Assembly: GCA_965112735.1 (NCBI GenBank)
Contig: OZ218957.1
Location: 1,364,001-1,428,000 of the forward strand
Reading direction: 5' to 3'
DNA length: 64,000 bases
DNA from: Phaeosaccion multiseriatum
Taxonomy: Eukaryota > Protista > Ochrophyta, other classes
The position numbers were made by a program, and so were the translations under genes. The notes below the pieces were generated by a model that was given only the letters and a program-made list of their open reading frames with translations, was not told the DNA's origin and ran no database searches. Shown in pieces: positions 27,901 through 41,446 of this stretch (its first letter is position 1; each line of letters starts with the position of its first letter).

Positions 27901-30900
27901 GGGAGGAGGGGTTGCCATACCTCCTTCTCCTCCTTGCCCCTCGATGTTCCCATTCCCATCTCCATCGCCCAGGATGCGTCCGTCTGCTCCTACCTCCCCT
28001 TCAACAGGCATGATGCGCTGTGACTTGCCCATGCCGCGTCCACTGCGCCACATCCTTCGCGAGAAGCGGGTGCGCAGGAAGCTTCGAGAGAGTAATGGCA
28101 AGATGCCCCGCTTGAGCAGCAGCATCAGTGGCTGAGTCACCACAAACGCGATGAAGAAGGTGAGGATGAGGGTGCCCAGCCATGCTGCAGCCTGGTCTCC
28201 GTCCTGGTCCACCATGGTGTCAGGGCAGGTGGAGCATGCATCCACGTCTACTCCTTCCAAGTCTCCTGCAGTGCAGCAGGTAGGGAGAGAGAGAAGAAGG
28301 GGTGTGTATATGGGCGGGCAGAGGTGAGGGTGAGAGAGAATGAGAGAGAGAAAGGTGCGAAGAAGAGGGAACAACAGCAAGATGAGCAAAAGGGACAAAC
28401 AACACATGAGTCGATGAATGCCACGCAAAGGCTTTTTCCCTTTCTTTCTTTTTCCCTTCCTTCCTTCCTTCCTTCCTTCCTTCCTTCCTTCCTTCCTTCC
28501 TTCCTTCCTTTCTTCCTTCCTTCCTTCCTTCCTTCCTTCCTTCCTTCCTTCCTTCCTTCCTTTCTTCCTTCCTTCCTTCCTTCCTTCCTTCCTTCCTTCC
28601 TTCCTTCCTTCTAAGATTCGCGAGAGCAAGATCAATCCCTCTTGTGCCCCACCCCCCCCCCCCTCTCTCTCTCAACCTCTCACCTGCATATACGTCGCAG
28701 CCACTTCCATTGTCCCCCTTCCCACACGGACAGTCACTGCACTTGTTGAGGAACACGCTAAACGCCAACACATAATACGCACACATGGCCGCGTAGCTCA
28801 GCCCCACCACATACACCGCATGGGACACCCACTCCGGCCACAGCTGCGCCATGTACGCCGCCTTGCCCTTCCTAGGCATGACAGCCTTGCGATACACAAG
28901 CCGAGCAGCCGTGTTGAGCTTCGCCAAGGCGGCTTCATGCCTATCGAGGGTCGCTTGTTGCTCGGGGTTGAGGGTGGATCGATATTGTTCCTTGACCTTT
29001 CGCCTCTTGACTTCTCTCCGCTTCATGATACGAGCATACCCCTTGAGATCATTGGTCAGACTGTCCACTTCCGTGTTCAGCTGCGTACGGTAGTCCGCGT
29101 TGAGCTTGCGCGAGGCCTCTTGCGCCTTCTCCACCGCCAATTTCGCCGCCAGGAGTGACTTTTGATTCATGCGTACCGCCGCTTCAAACCTAGTCTTCAA
29201 CTGCAGCTTCTCATCGGGTCGTAAGTCACTCCTCCCCTGTGCGTTGGCCTCTTTCAGCGCCTTCCTTAGCTCTTTCTGTAACAGCTTTTGTGTGGCTCGA
29301 AGCGCCGTTTTTGACTCCTTGACGGCAACATTCGCAGACCGCACTCGCTTGCGCATCTCCACGGGAAGCCGTAGCCCCTCCGGTATGTCCTCGATTGGCA
29401 TCCCCCCTCCATCTTTTCCTCCTGCTCCTCCTCCCAATTGACTGCTGTCAATGTACCTGTCCTCAAGGTACACCTTCCGTCCCGTCCGTTTGAAGAGCAG
29501 CACCAACACCAGCGCAATGGGCGTGGCCAAGATGGTAGCCATAACCGCCATGTACAGCTGCACCTGCAACCACTCACCAAAGTTGTCCTGGTCGGATTCG
29601 AACTCCATATAGAGGTACGCATTGACGGCCAAGTGGCCGCTGAGCACACTCAGCAACACCATCATGCGCTGCGGCCTGGTGAAGACGGCTCCGCTGCCGC
29701 TGCCCCCACCATAATACACTGAGATGATACGATGCTCCTGCTTTAGCCCTTTCCAGTATTGCCTCAGGAGGCGTTTGATCATGCGCTGTCTCGACTCTTT
29801 AATCTCAAGTTCGTCCACAAAGCGATGAGAGGAAGTGGCCACCGCGCCAGAGGCAGAGGCGCCTGTATCACCAACTACTCCAGCTGCAGCTGCCTTGGCC
29901 TTGGCTTCCTCCTGCTCCCTTCTCTCCTCCTCCTCATCAATTCCAATCTGCAGCATGGTGAGCTTGTCTTTGCGATCAAGGTATCGCCCCCACACGCACC
30001 CCAGCACGAAGAGCCCATACAGCGCCAGCAGCGTCGTGACCACAGTCAAGTTCTCCAGTATGTCCGTCAGGCTAATGCCCGCCGACAACACTGTGCTGGC
30101 CAGCGCCGCCGAAGAGCCAAAGCGACTGCCAAAGTCCGTCAGATGGGTGCAGCTGCAAGTAACCGAGTTGGTTGTATAGTTGGCTACTGTGCAGCCCTCG
30201 TCGCTCCAGGTCAGGCTCGTTGCGTTGAACCAAGAGCAAGTAGGCTCGTCGGCTGGGCAGATGAGCTCCTTCGTTCCCGAGGCCTCGCATGTCTCTGTGT
30301 AGTTCACGCCACTGGGACAGTAGAAGGTAATGTTCTCACCCGCCGCCGTGCAGCTGGCATTCAGCACCACGCTCTCCGTATCCAGGCTTGTGGTGAGGTC
30401 GATGGTAAAGACAAGCGGAGTGGTCAGATTGGCGACGCTGGATTCCACCCCGTCCACCTTCATGTCGATGCTCACGCCCCCGCTTGCAATGGCCTCGCCC
30501 GTTACACTCGCGTACGGATCGAAGGTTGTGGCACTCATGGTAACGTCTAACGCACTAGTTGAGTTGCCTCCCGTCAGCTCACTCACTGAGCCAATGCTGA
30601 GGTTGCCCACATTGGTCGCGTCAAGGGTAGTGTCCACTCGACTCACAAGGAGCATGAGGTTGTCGGAGCTAATCTCGGCCGACATCCCCACGAACATGGC
30701 GTTAACCTGTTTAACGGGGGTGGGGGTTAAGCAAGAATGGAGTAAGAGGGTGGTGGAGAGAGGGCTAAAGGGGGGCGAGAATGTCCCACCTTGTCCGAGA
30801 AGACCCTGTAATGGGTGCTTAACAACGAGTTAATGGACGCTTAACAGCTCGTTAATGGACGGGTTAACGTGTGCTTAATGTCGTATACTCCTTACCTTGG

Positions 30901-33900
30901 CCTGCGCGAGGTCCCCAGTGGTTGCGGATATGTTCATCAGCGCCTCGTACTCAAATGCCTGCGCAGCAGCGATGGCAGCGGACGACGACGAAGAAGATGA
31001 CGAGGCGGAGGAAAGGTGACGACGGTGAGCCCCCAAACTGGCGGAAGAGGTGGAGGACAGGCGTCGGCGGCGGGCCTCCGAAGTCGTGGAAGAGAGAGAT
31101 TCCATGATGAGAGAGAGGGTAGACACCGCCCCGCTTGCCGCCTCCTCACTGATGCCCGAGCCAAGAGAGGCGGAGGAGCTCATGAGTGAGCCGATGAGGC
31201 TGATGGCGGTGGTTTGGGAGTCCTCGTCGAGCTCGTTGGGGTCGGAGACGAGGCCGCCGATGGCGTTGGTTTGGCTGTCCACATTGTCGCTCGTCACCTG
31301 GTTTGGTGGAGTGGACGAGTGAGTGAGTGAGTGAGTGAGTGAGTGAGGAACAAGCAAGGGGAAAGACAGCGTCTTGATGTAGCTGATCGAGCTCAATCAA
31401 GTGAAACTGAAGCTGACAAGCCTCAAACTAGCAACTGAGACCCACCTCGAGGGTAGAAGATGCAGACAGCAGCGAGTCCAGCAAAGAGGAGCGAAGGGCA
31501 ATTCTCGCCTCAGTGTCGGCATCGCTTGTGGACGTGGCCGAGTTCAGCACCGAAGTGAGTGTCGAGGAGAGCGCCAAGACTGTATCAGGATCGCCACTCT
31601 CAAAGGCAGATGCGATGAGGTCTGTGCTATTGGAGAGGAATTCCGTGAGGTCACCCGAGCTTATGACCAAGGCGGTGACGACGGCGCTCGCCGTGCTGTA
31701 CGAAGAAGCGTCGTACTTGTCCTTGACGAGCCCGATGCACGTGACGGTATAGTTGGCGCCGGCCCCCTCGGGTAGGATGGTTTCCGTGCTGGCGCTGTAG
31801 CCGTATGGGCTGACAGTGGTTGTGCCCGTCTCGCCACTGTATGACTCGGCCACTATGTACGAGAACTTGTACCTGGGGTGTTGTGGTCACAATTGGCACA
31901 ATTTGAATGGATTGGTTCATTCGAGTCGGGGGGGGGGGGGAAGGGGGGTTAGAAGTGAGTGAATGGCAGCGGACGGACGGCAGCGAGAGGGCCTTGGCCA
32001 CTGACTGACTCACTGCTGACTGACTGACTGACTGACTGCCTCACGATTGACTGACTGTCTGACTGACTGACTGACTGACTGGCTGACTGACTGACTGATT
32101 GACTGACTGACTGATTGACCGACTCACTGATCACCCCCCCCCCCTTCCCTCCTCCTGACTTACTGCAACGGGTAATCGTCCACGTCGTCGACCCACTGTG
32201 AACTCTTGAAAGTAAAACTCGTATCCAGTGACGTGCCCGTCGTCGGAGTGAGAGACAAACTCCCTGAGGTGGGCGCAGAGTTCATCACCACGTCAACAGT
32301 GGAACTCCCTGTACTATTGAAGACGTCGGTGGCCCTAAGGAAGAAGCTGTAGGTCTGTCCGGCGGTCATGGCGCCGAGGTCAAGGACGACGTAGGTCCAT
32401 GTGTTGGAGGCATAGACCGTGCTTGCGAACACGCTAGGGGTGTTAGTGCGTATCACGAGATGAGTGAGGGAGGAGGAGGAGGAGGAGGAGGAGAGGTGGG
32501 GAGACGGTAAGTAAGTCAAGCAATTGCAAAGAAGTATCAAACCAAAGCGAAGAGGTTTTCAGAGTGGCACAGAGCATCACAGAGAGCGAGTCAATCAATG
32601 CCACTCCCTTCCCCTCCCCTCCACTCCACTCTACTCTTCTCCACTCCATTCCACTCACTCACTCACTCACTCACTCACCCACTCACTCACTCACTCACCT
32701 GGAGCCATCGCTGGGATCGTCTCCGTCAATCTTTTTCCACGTAAAGTCAAGTGTGTCATCATCCAAACTCGCATCAGCCGTCGCGAAACCGTCAAGCTGC
32801 AAAAACGATCCCGAAACCGCCGAATATTTGGCCTCCGAGGGCGTCTCCAGCTCTACACTCGGAGGCAACCCTGCCTCGTACGTAATCTCTACACTCGACG
32901 AAGCGTTACGCGTCTCTTGGCTTCCCGCATGCACCAGCAGCGAGAGCGTGAGTGTGCCCACATCCATCACACTCGCCTCGATTGAGGCGGTGGAGGAGTT
33001 GCCTAAGTCGAGCAACTCATCGCCCACAAGGGTGCGGCAGGCGGCTCCAGTGGCGTCCTCGCACGACCACACATAGTACAGCTCTACGGTGGGGTCTTCT
33101 TGGTCGGGGTCGTAGCTCGAGGACCCATCGAGGTCGAGCTGCTGCATGGTACCCGTGGTGCGAGAGCCTCCGCCGATGACCGACACCAGCTCTTGCACTC
33201 CCACCTGTTGATGTTGAGGTGAGTTGGTGTGATTAGTCAGTGTTTAGTATGTATGTATGTCAGTACCTGGTACCCATTAAACAAGCATGACGCACGTACG
33301 CCGGAAGAAAGGAAGGAAGGAAGGCTGCAGGGAGAAAGAATGTTCTCCACCCACCCACCCACCCACCCACCCACCCACCCACCCACCCGTCCACTCACCC
33401 TGCCCACCCACCAGCCCACTTACTCATCCTCCCACCCATCCATCCACTCATCCTCCTACCGACCCACCCACCCACCCCCCTACGCACTCACCCACCCACT
33501 TACCCACGTACCCACCCATCCACCCACCCACCCACCCACCCACCCCCCCACTCACCCGACCACCCACCCACCAACTAACCCATCCACCCACGCACCCACT
33601 CACCCACTCACGCACCCACACACTCACGCACCCACCGACTCACGCACCCATCCACCCATCCTTCCACCCAGCCATTCAGGCACCCATCCACCCACCCACC
33701 CACCCACTCACACACCCACACACGAACCCACCTCGATGGTGACGGAGTCGGTGTTGTTGACCGTGCCGTTGCCCGAGGCCATGAGAACCGCACCCTCCAG
33801 CACGTAGCTGGTGTTGGCTGAGAGAGTGTCCGCTTCGAAGGAGATGACTCGCGCGTTGGTGGTCTGATAAGTGCTGGCGGCGTCGGGTAGATGTGAAGTC

Positions 33901-36900
33901 TTTTCTGACCATACGAAGCTGAGCTGAAGGTCGTCGAAGCTGACGCCGGTGTCGCAGCTGAGGTCGGGGGGTCCGGCGGTCATCTTGAGAGAGAGAGAGT
34001 CGCTGCGTTTGATGGAGATGACCGAATCTCCATCGATGGAGACGCTGTTTGCCAATGACGGTGAGAGAGAAGAGAAGGGGGAGCGTTAGAGGTTCAGATA
34101 GAATACCATTGGGAGATTGAGAGTTGAAGTAAAGAGTTGAAGTCAATGAATTGCGTAGGAAAGAGAGCATCTTCGTACCTGGGTGCCGGGTAGCCGAGTT
34201 TTTTTACGGAGGTAGAGGTGGTGTCGCCGAGCCCTTCAAAGTTCTCCACGTACACTTGCAGATTGTATGTGGCCCCGCCCTCCAGAACGTCATAGGGCAG
34301 CGTCACGGCACTCGAAGTGCTCCCTGAAACCGCCGCTAGGGCGGCCGTTACATTGGCCACCAGCCCATTCTCATCTGTTGCCGTTGTGCTCTCCAACGAC
34401 CACGTGAATGAGAGGTCTCGGCCCCCGCTGCCCGCGCTGCTGCCTCCATCCAGGGTGAGGTCGTCGCAGGTGCTGATAGAGGACGGGTTTTCGAGTATGG
34501 CCACTGCCGAGATACCCTTTGCCGCGGCCTCGACAATGGCGCTCTCCCCCGTGGCGTAGAGAGTAGCGAAGTTCTGACTGGACTTGAGTACGTCGTCCAT
34601 CAAGTACACCACGTCCCCAGACACAAGGGTCGCCGAGGCTCCAAAGGTCAATGCCAACACGCTGTCGCTACTCCACGAGCATGTGCTCCCCGTTCCCAGC
34701 CCGACGGTGGTAGAAGTATCCACGAGCAGGGAGCACGCAAAGGTCCCTGACAGATCCGCTCGGTCCGTGCCGGCACCAAAGGTCAGAGTCAAGCCCGCGA
34801 GGTCGTTGTCGAATTGCACGCTCGAGAGGCTCGGGGCGGCAACCGAATCCGCCGAAAAGTAGAGCGACATTTCCACCGACGTCGTCGCCAGCCCATTGTA
34901 CACGGCATCTCCAGCGCTACTTACAGTGTGGGTGAGCTCCTCCAATCGCAAGAGGGCCGCGGTGGACGTGGCAGACTGGGCTTCAGTCTCTGTCAGGCCA
35001 GCACCTACCACAAACGTCCCCGCGGTGGTGTAGTTGGAGGGTGAGAAGACCATGCTCCAAGGATTGACAGTGGTGGAGGCGTCGAGCGAGGCGTGATCCA
35101 CCGCTATCACCACAGTGTCCTGCGGCTCTGTGAGCAGCTGCACCTGATACTCGGCTGTGAAGGTGCTATTTCCGTCATAGTCACAATAGACCGTGAGGGA
35201 AGACTTGGTCACCAGCACAGCAGCTTCGTCATCATCCACCACACGCACCCTGACCTCTCCCCCCGACACTGAGGAAGTTTCCGAGTTGTCGTTGTAGGCC
35301 GGGTCGAGGGAGGTGACGGTGTAAGAGAAGTTGGCCCAGCGGGAGGGGAACTCTACCAAGTCATCCGTGATGATAACCGTGACTGTTTGGGTGGCCGGGC
35401 GGTTGTTGCTACCCACTCCGGCGACGGAGAAGTTGAGGCTCTGCGCACTGAGGGAGGCCTCCGGGCTGGTACTTGTGAAGTTGAGCAAGACGTCGTGGTA
35501 AGGGCGACTGGCCACGCCAACTGTGAAGTGACACTCGGTCCCCTCTGTGCATTCAATGGTCAGCAGGCCAGAGCCAGAGCTGGAGCCAGAGTCAGAGGAG
35601 GTCGGAGTGAGCACCAGTGATGCTGTATCATCGTCCACCACAAGCACAGACACATTGGGGCAAGATGCTTGGTCGAATGCGGCGTCGCTACTCGAGAGGG
35701 CAAAGGTCACCGTGTCGGCATGGGGCCCATCGTCCCATTTGTTGGGTAAGCCCTTCACTTCAAAGCTTTGCAGGTCCGCCCAGGTGTCCGCGGTGAAGGT
35801 GAGTGCGCTTGGGTTCACGCTCACATACCCATTCTCACTCAGAAGTGACACCTCCACGTCCGCCGCCGGAGGAGCGAACATGTTCACCGTAACCGTCTCC
35901 GGGTCAGACCCGTTCTCAAAGAGCCGAACGGAGGGCCCCAAGGTATCCGACGATCGAGAGACATTGAGCGTGTACACCCTTGCGAGGATGTCCAGCACGG
36001 TCGACGCAGAGGCTCCAGAGTCTGTCTCTGTGGCGGTGGCGGTGAGGGTGAGGGGAAGCTCACCAGTCCAACCGGACCGAGGCAGGAGGTAGATGGACTG
36101 TGCCTTGCTCTCGTCCTCCAGGCCGTTCGCGTAGGGAAGGATGAAGGTGGAGTACACACTGGTAGTGGTAGAAGTAGTGGTAGTGGTGTTGCCATCTGTG
36201 CCATCGCCGCTCTCGCTGCTGGATGACCAGCTGCTGCGGTTGAAGGAGCCCACCTCACTCGGGGTGGAGCTCACGTCCTTTAACCCCGCGTACAGTCCCT
36301 CCAATGTGAGGGTAAGAGCCTCTGATCCGTCTCCGTCCACAAGATCCAACTGAGTGAGGTTGTACTCCACGTACGCCAAGTATGAGGGCAGGCTCACCGT
36401 CGTGCTGCTGCCGTTGAGCAGAGGCGCATCGGGCACACTCTCCCACTCCGCACTGAAGCTCGCGTTGGAGGTAATGGACATACTTGAGCTGTCCGCCACT
36501 GCCACTCCTTCACCTCCTCCTTGGCTCGACATGACGGCACTATTGGCCAGGCTCTCCTCCTCCACAGCCAGGGTCAGCGTGCAAGTTAGCGCCCCGCTGT
36601 AGTCAGGCTCAGGCACAAGGGTCAAGTTCGTGGATCCCGACGTGCAAAGGTCGTCGCCGGTATACGTGTAGCTCCAGCTGTTGGTACTCCAGCTGTTGGT
36701 GCTGCCACTGCTGCTACTGCTGCTGTTGTTGGTGCTGGTGGTGCTGGTGCTGTTGTCATCATTCGTCGTCGTCACCAAGTCAAGAAGAACTAGCGGGATC
36801 TGTTCGTCGTTGGCGGTGACGTTGGCGAGGGGGCTGCTGCTGGATGACCAACTGCCGCTGCTGGAGGAGCAGGCCAGAGTCCACGCGTAGGTTTCCGAGC

Positions 36901-37003
36901 CGTCCTGGTCGAGAGGATAGCACCCCTCCACACTCAAATGCAGCGCAGAGTCCTCGAGACTGCGGAAGGTATCGTTCGAGTCATGCATGCCTGCCCCGTA
37001 GGC

Positions 37004-37034
<31 letters not shown>

Positions 37035-40000
37035 GGGGTCCAAGAGTTGAAGTAGGTGGTGTCTCGCTCGACGGTGATGCTGATGGGCTCCACCACCGGA
37101 GAGACCAGCAGGAGGATGTCCGCCTGCACGAAGGACACGCTCTCCAGCGAGCACGCCGCATCGCTGGTGAATGCCACCAAACTCAAGTTGAAAGCCCCCG
37201 AGGAGTGCTCGGCAGCAAGCACAGTGAGGCTATCCGAGGTCGCATTGGCAGCAGCGATGGAGTATGCGACTTCATATCCACGAAGGGTGGTAGCGGCGGG
37301 TGTCAGCAGCACGCCGGCAGCACGTACTTCCTTCAATTCGTCGGTAAACGCCAGCAGCATCACGTCGAAGGTCTCCGAGTCGTCACTGTCCTCTCGTACC
37401 ATCAGCTCCACAAGGGGAAGCACCACCGCTTCATCCTCCAACCCCTCCACAGTCGCATTGGTGACAAGCGTGGGCTCCTCCGCCCAGGGCTTGACGCAGG
37501 TGCTAATGGTGTAGTAGCTGGAGACGTTGCGGCTTAGCCCGGTGGCAGGGTCGGTGTCGGTTACGGTGGCGAGAAGCTCGAACCACAACGGTCCGGCGTA
37601 GTCGCGCAGGCTTTGTAGAGTGAGGGTACCGTTTACTACCTCCGGCCAGGGGGCACCACCAAAGCCGACGCCATCGCCATCGGTGATATAATAATCGTGG
37701 ATGAGGAGATCGTATGCGTGTGCCGGCTCCTCCCCGTCGCTCAGAGCGAGGCCTGCGACACTCGCACCCTCAATGGAGGTGAGCGGGACACCGGCGAAGG
37801 AGACATTGTTGAACGTCTGTTGCATCGTGTCGTTATCCGAGGAGGTCAGGAGTGTCAGTGTCAGGACTTCATTGCCGGTGACTCCAACGGCGGAAGCAGA
37901 GGCGATGGTGACGTTGAAGGCGCTGTCTTCTGTAACGCCGGCGAGGGCGTAGGAGAGAAGCACCACAGGGGGGTCGGCGATGGGCTTGACATTCACAGTC
38001 AAGCTCTCCGAGACCGAGGCGTAGGAGGCCAATGGTGATGATGATGATGAAGCTGATGACGTGTCGAGGAGGAGGCTCGTTTCGGCGACAATGAGCTCGA
38101 CATCGAGGGTCAAGTCGCCGAAGAAGTTAGCCACGGGGCGGATCTGCAGCTCCACTGAGCCTGGGATGGTGTCCCTCGTCCAAACACTACTCGTGCTACT
38201 GCCGTTCATCACGTACACAAACCACTCGTCCCCTCCCTCTTCCTCCAATGAAGAGGATGAAGCCGCCTCCGGACCGAGGGCGCTAAAGACAGGGGCCGCG
38301 GTGGGCATGAAGGAGAAGGCTGGAGAAGGCGTGTCACCGAGAGACGAGTTAGACGACGACGACGACGACGACGACGAAGACGAGGAGGAGGACAGTGAGG
38401 TAGTCACGGTCGCCGTGACGTTGGTGGCGGTGCCCGACACCAGGTACTCTCCGTTGAGCGTCACGGAGGCGAGCTGCACAGAAGAGTACAGCTCGAGGAA
38501 GGCAACCTCCGACCCGTCTGAGTCCGACAGAGCGAGCCCCGACAGGGTCATGTTGATGGTCTGGTCCTCCACGCCCACCTCCACCAGTGCCTTATCCAAA
38601 GTCATGGTTGGCGCATCCGGAACAGCCGTTACTGTAACTGTCGTCTCCATGCTGGTTTCCGCGCTGGCGTTGAGGCGACTCACGAGTGAGTCGGATAGTG
38701 CGCTGTAGTCCTCCGTAGCGAGAGCCACTACTTGCACTTGGAAGGAGCCGCTGTAGTGCGTGGCAGGAAGCAGGCTGAGCACCACATCCTCTCCTGCCTC
38801 GGTCAGTGCCACGGCCTCGGAGGGAAGCTCGTAGACATCATAGTAGTACACGTCGCCGTCGCCAACGCTGACAGCGAGCCTGGAGGAGGAGGCGTTGAGG
38901 GCAGCTCCATCGTAGAAGATTCCTCCCAGGGCATCTGCATCTGCATCCGCAAGGCCGTCCGAGTCACTAGCAGCAGCAGCAGAAGCAGCCTGTACGCGCA
39001 CCTCCAAGGAGAGGGTTTCCGAGCCTTCGTCATTGTCCATGAGGGCAGCAAGTGTGACCGTCAGCTCCACCGCCTCGTCCTCCTTCGTCTGCAGGGAAGT
39101 GGACTGGAGGTCCAGGCTTGGTTGCTGCGGGGCCGAGGGTATCTCCAATGTGATGACACTGGACAGCTCGGCAGTGGAATTGAGTCGGCAAGCCGGGCAC
39201 ACGAGGGAAGGCGGGTCGAGTGCGTGCTCCGTGGACACGGCGACGAGAGTAACGTCCATGCGGGAGGGCGCCTTGACGCTGACGTTACCCGAGGCGGCGC
39301 TGCCCAAGGCGTAGACGTAGAGGGTTTCCACGCCGTTTCGCATCTCCGTTGGAGAGAGCAGAACAGAGGAGGACGACGACGAGGACGAGGAGGAGGAGGA
39401 GGAGAGCTCCTGTCGCACTTGAGTGGCGTTGCTGGTCATTCGAAGCTGCATCGACACGTCTTCGGAGCCATCCTTGTCGCTTGCCTGCATACCCTTCCAA
39501 CCCAAGGTGAGCCAATCGATGGACAGACCCGCCACCGTGCTCCCCGCCGCCGGACTCAGCACGAGGGTCTCCGGGTCGGGAACATCCGCCACGGGGGTTA
39601 CGAGGAAGCTCCAGTCGCTGGAGGTGCTCATGGTGCCGTTGTGGGTGGAGAGATTGTAAGCCGTGGCCACAAGGCGGAGAGAGAGATCGCCACTATAGTC
39701 CTGCCCCGGGTGGGCGATGAGAGTGCCCGTGCCGCCACCGGAGCCCAGCAGGGAGGAGGGGGCCTCGTACACAAATGTTGTCCATTCCTCACTACTGCCG
39801 CTGCTCGTGCTGCTGCTGCTGCTGTTGGTGCTGGCTGTCGAAGAAGTCGAGGAAGCGGAGTAGTTGCGTGTGAGGGTGAAGGCCTCCCCGGTAGCGTTAT
39901 AGACGATAGAGGCGAGCTCTGCAGCAGTGGCATTCGTATGCACCTCTAGCCGGACCGTAGAGCCCCTCCCTGTCATTTCATCGTCAACATGTAACGACAA

Positions 40001-40299
40001 CTCCTCCACCATCAGCGCCGCTCCGTCTGGGTCGTCCTCGGAAACCCTCCAGTCCGCCTCTCCGAGTGTCAGGACCGGGGTGTCCAGTAGTGCTTGGAAG
40101 TGGAGCGTAACGGCGGTTTCTGTAACCGCCGAGGCGTTCCTCTGCCCCTCCCATAGACTGGAAGGGTACTCACTCCAGTCCTCGGTAGCAGTGGCCTCGA
40201 GCACGATGCCCAAGTCGCCGTAGTAGCCCTCGGTGGTGGCAAACGTCAAGGTCAAGCTGGTGGAGCTGCTCAACCCTCCCGCACTGCTACTACTACTGC

Positions 40300-40332
<33 letters not shown>

Positions 40333-41406
40333 CGAGGCTGTCAAGGCCGACGAGACTGCTCAGATTGTAAGTCCACCACTGACCGTTACCACCGCTGGAG
40401 GAGGAGAAGGCAGTCTGCGTCCCGTTGAGGAGCAGCACTTGCGCGTGGCCGTCATCGGAACCGTCGTCGGAGTGCGAAGATGAAACCGATATGGAAGTGA
40501 GATGTGCGTGGGAGGCATTGGCGATGCGCATCAACAGAGACAGACTCTCCTCACCCCCGTCCGTGTCGTTGAGTGCCACCGACTCAATCATCAGGGTGGC
40601 CTCCTTGTCCTCGAAGGTCGACACCACTTGGTCTCTGCTGACACCGCTGCCGAAGGTCAGGGTCGGTGGCTGGGGCTCCGGGAGGACAACGAGGGACACC
40701 ACAGTGGGGCGCTCGCTGATGGAGCTCCATGAGAAGGCAGCGCCTCCTCTTCCTGCCACGACTTCTTCCTCCGACACGGCAACGAGGGTTATAGTGGACG
40801 ACTGCGAAGCAACAACACTGATGCTTCCGGAGGATTCCAACGCGTCACTATTCCCCTCCTCAATCGCAAAGACAGTCATCTCATCGATATTGCCATCTGT
40901 GATTCCATCGTTGGATGATGATGTCGTGCCGTTGAGCGCCTTGCCCTGGAAGTAGATGCCGCGGACAAACCCCCCGCTACTGCTGCTGCTGTCCACTCTC
41001 GCCTCCAACCGAATGGCCTCAGAGCCGTCCGTATCCGCTGAAGACAGGCCTGACCAAGATACCACGGCCGCCTCGTTCTTGAGCGCGTACAGAGTAGTGG
41101 TGGAGGTAGACCAGGAGGAGGAGGAGGAGGAGGAGGAGAGAGATTCCGAGTCGACGTTCACGGTCATAAGCGGTGGATCTGCACGCGGTACCACAAAGAG
41201 GTCCCAAGCCACTGCGGTCTCCGCGGTACGAGACACCTGATTGCTGGCAAGACTCTCGTTGTACGCCACCGCAACGAGCGACATGGAGATGTTGCCACCG
41301 AAGTCCGCGATGGGGTAGACCGACAACTCGCCCCCGCCCGCTTGGAGGAGAGAGGCGGGTGCCGTGTATGTGTAGAGCGTGGTCACACTTGTACTCATGC
41401 TAGTCG

Positions 41407-41446
<40 letters not shown>

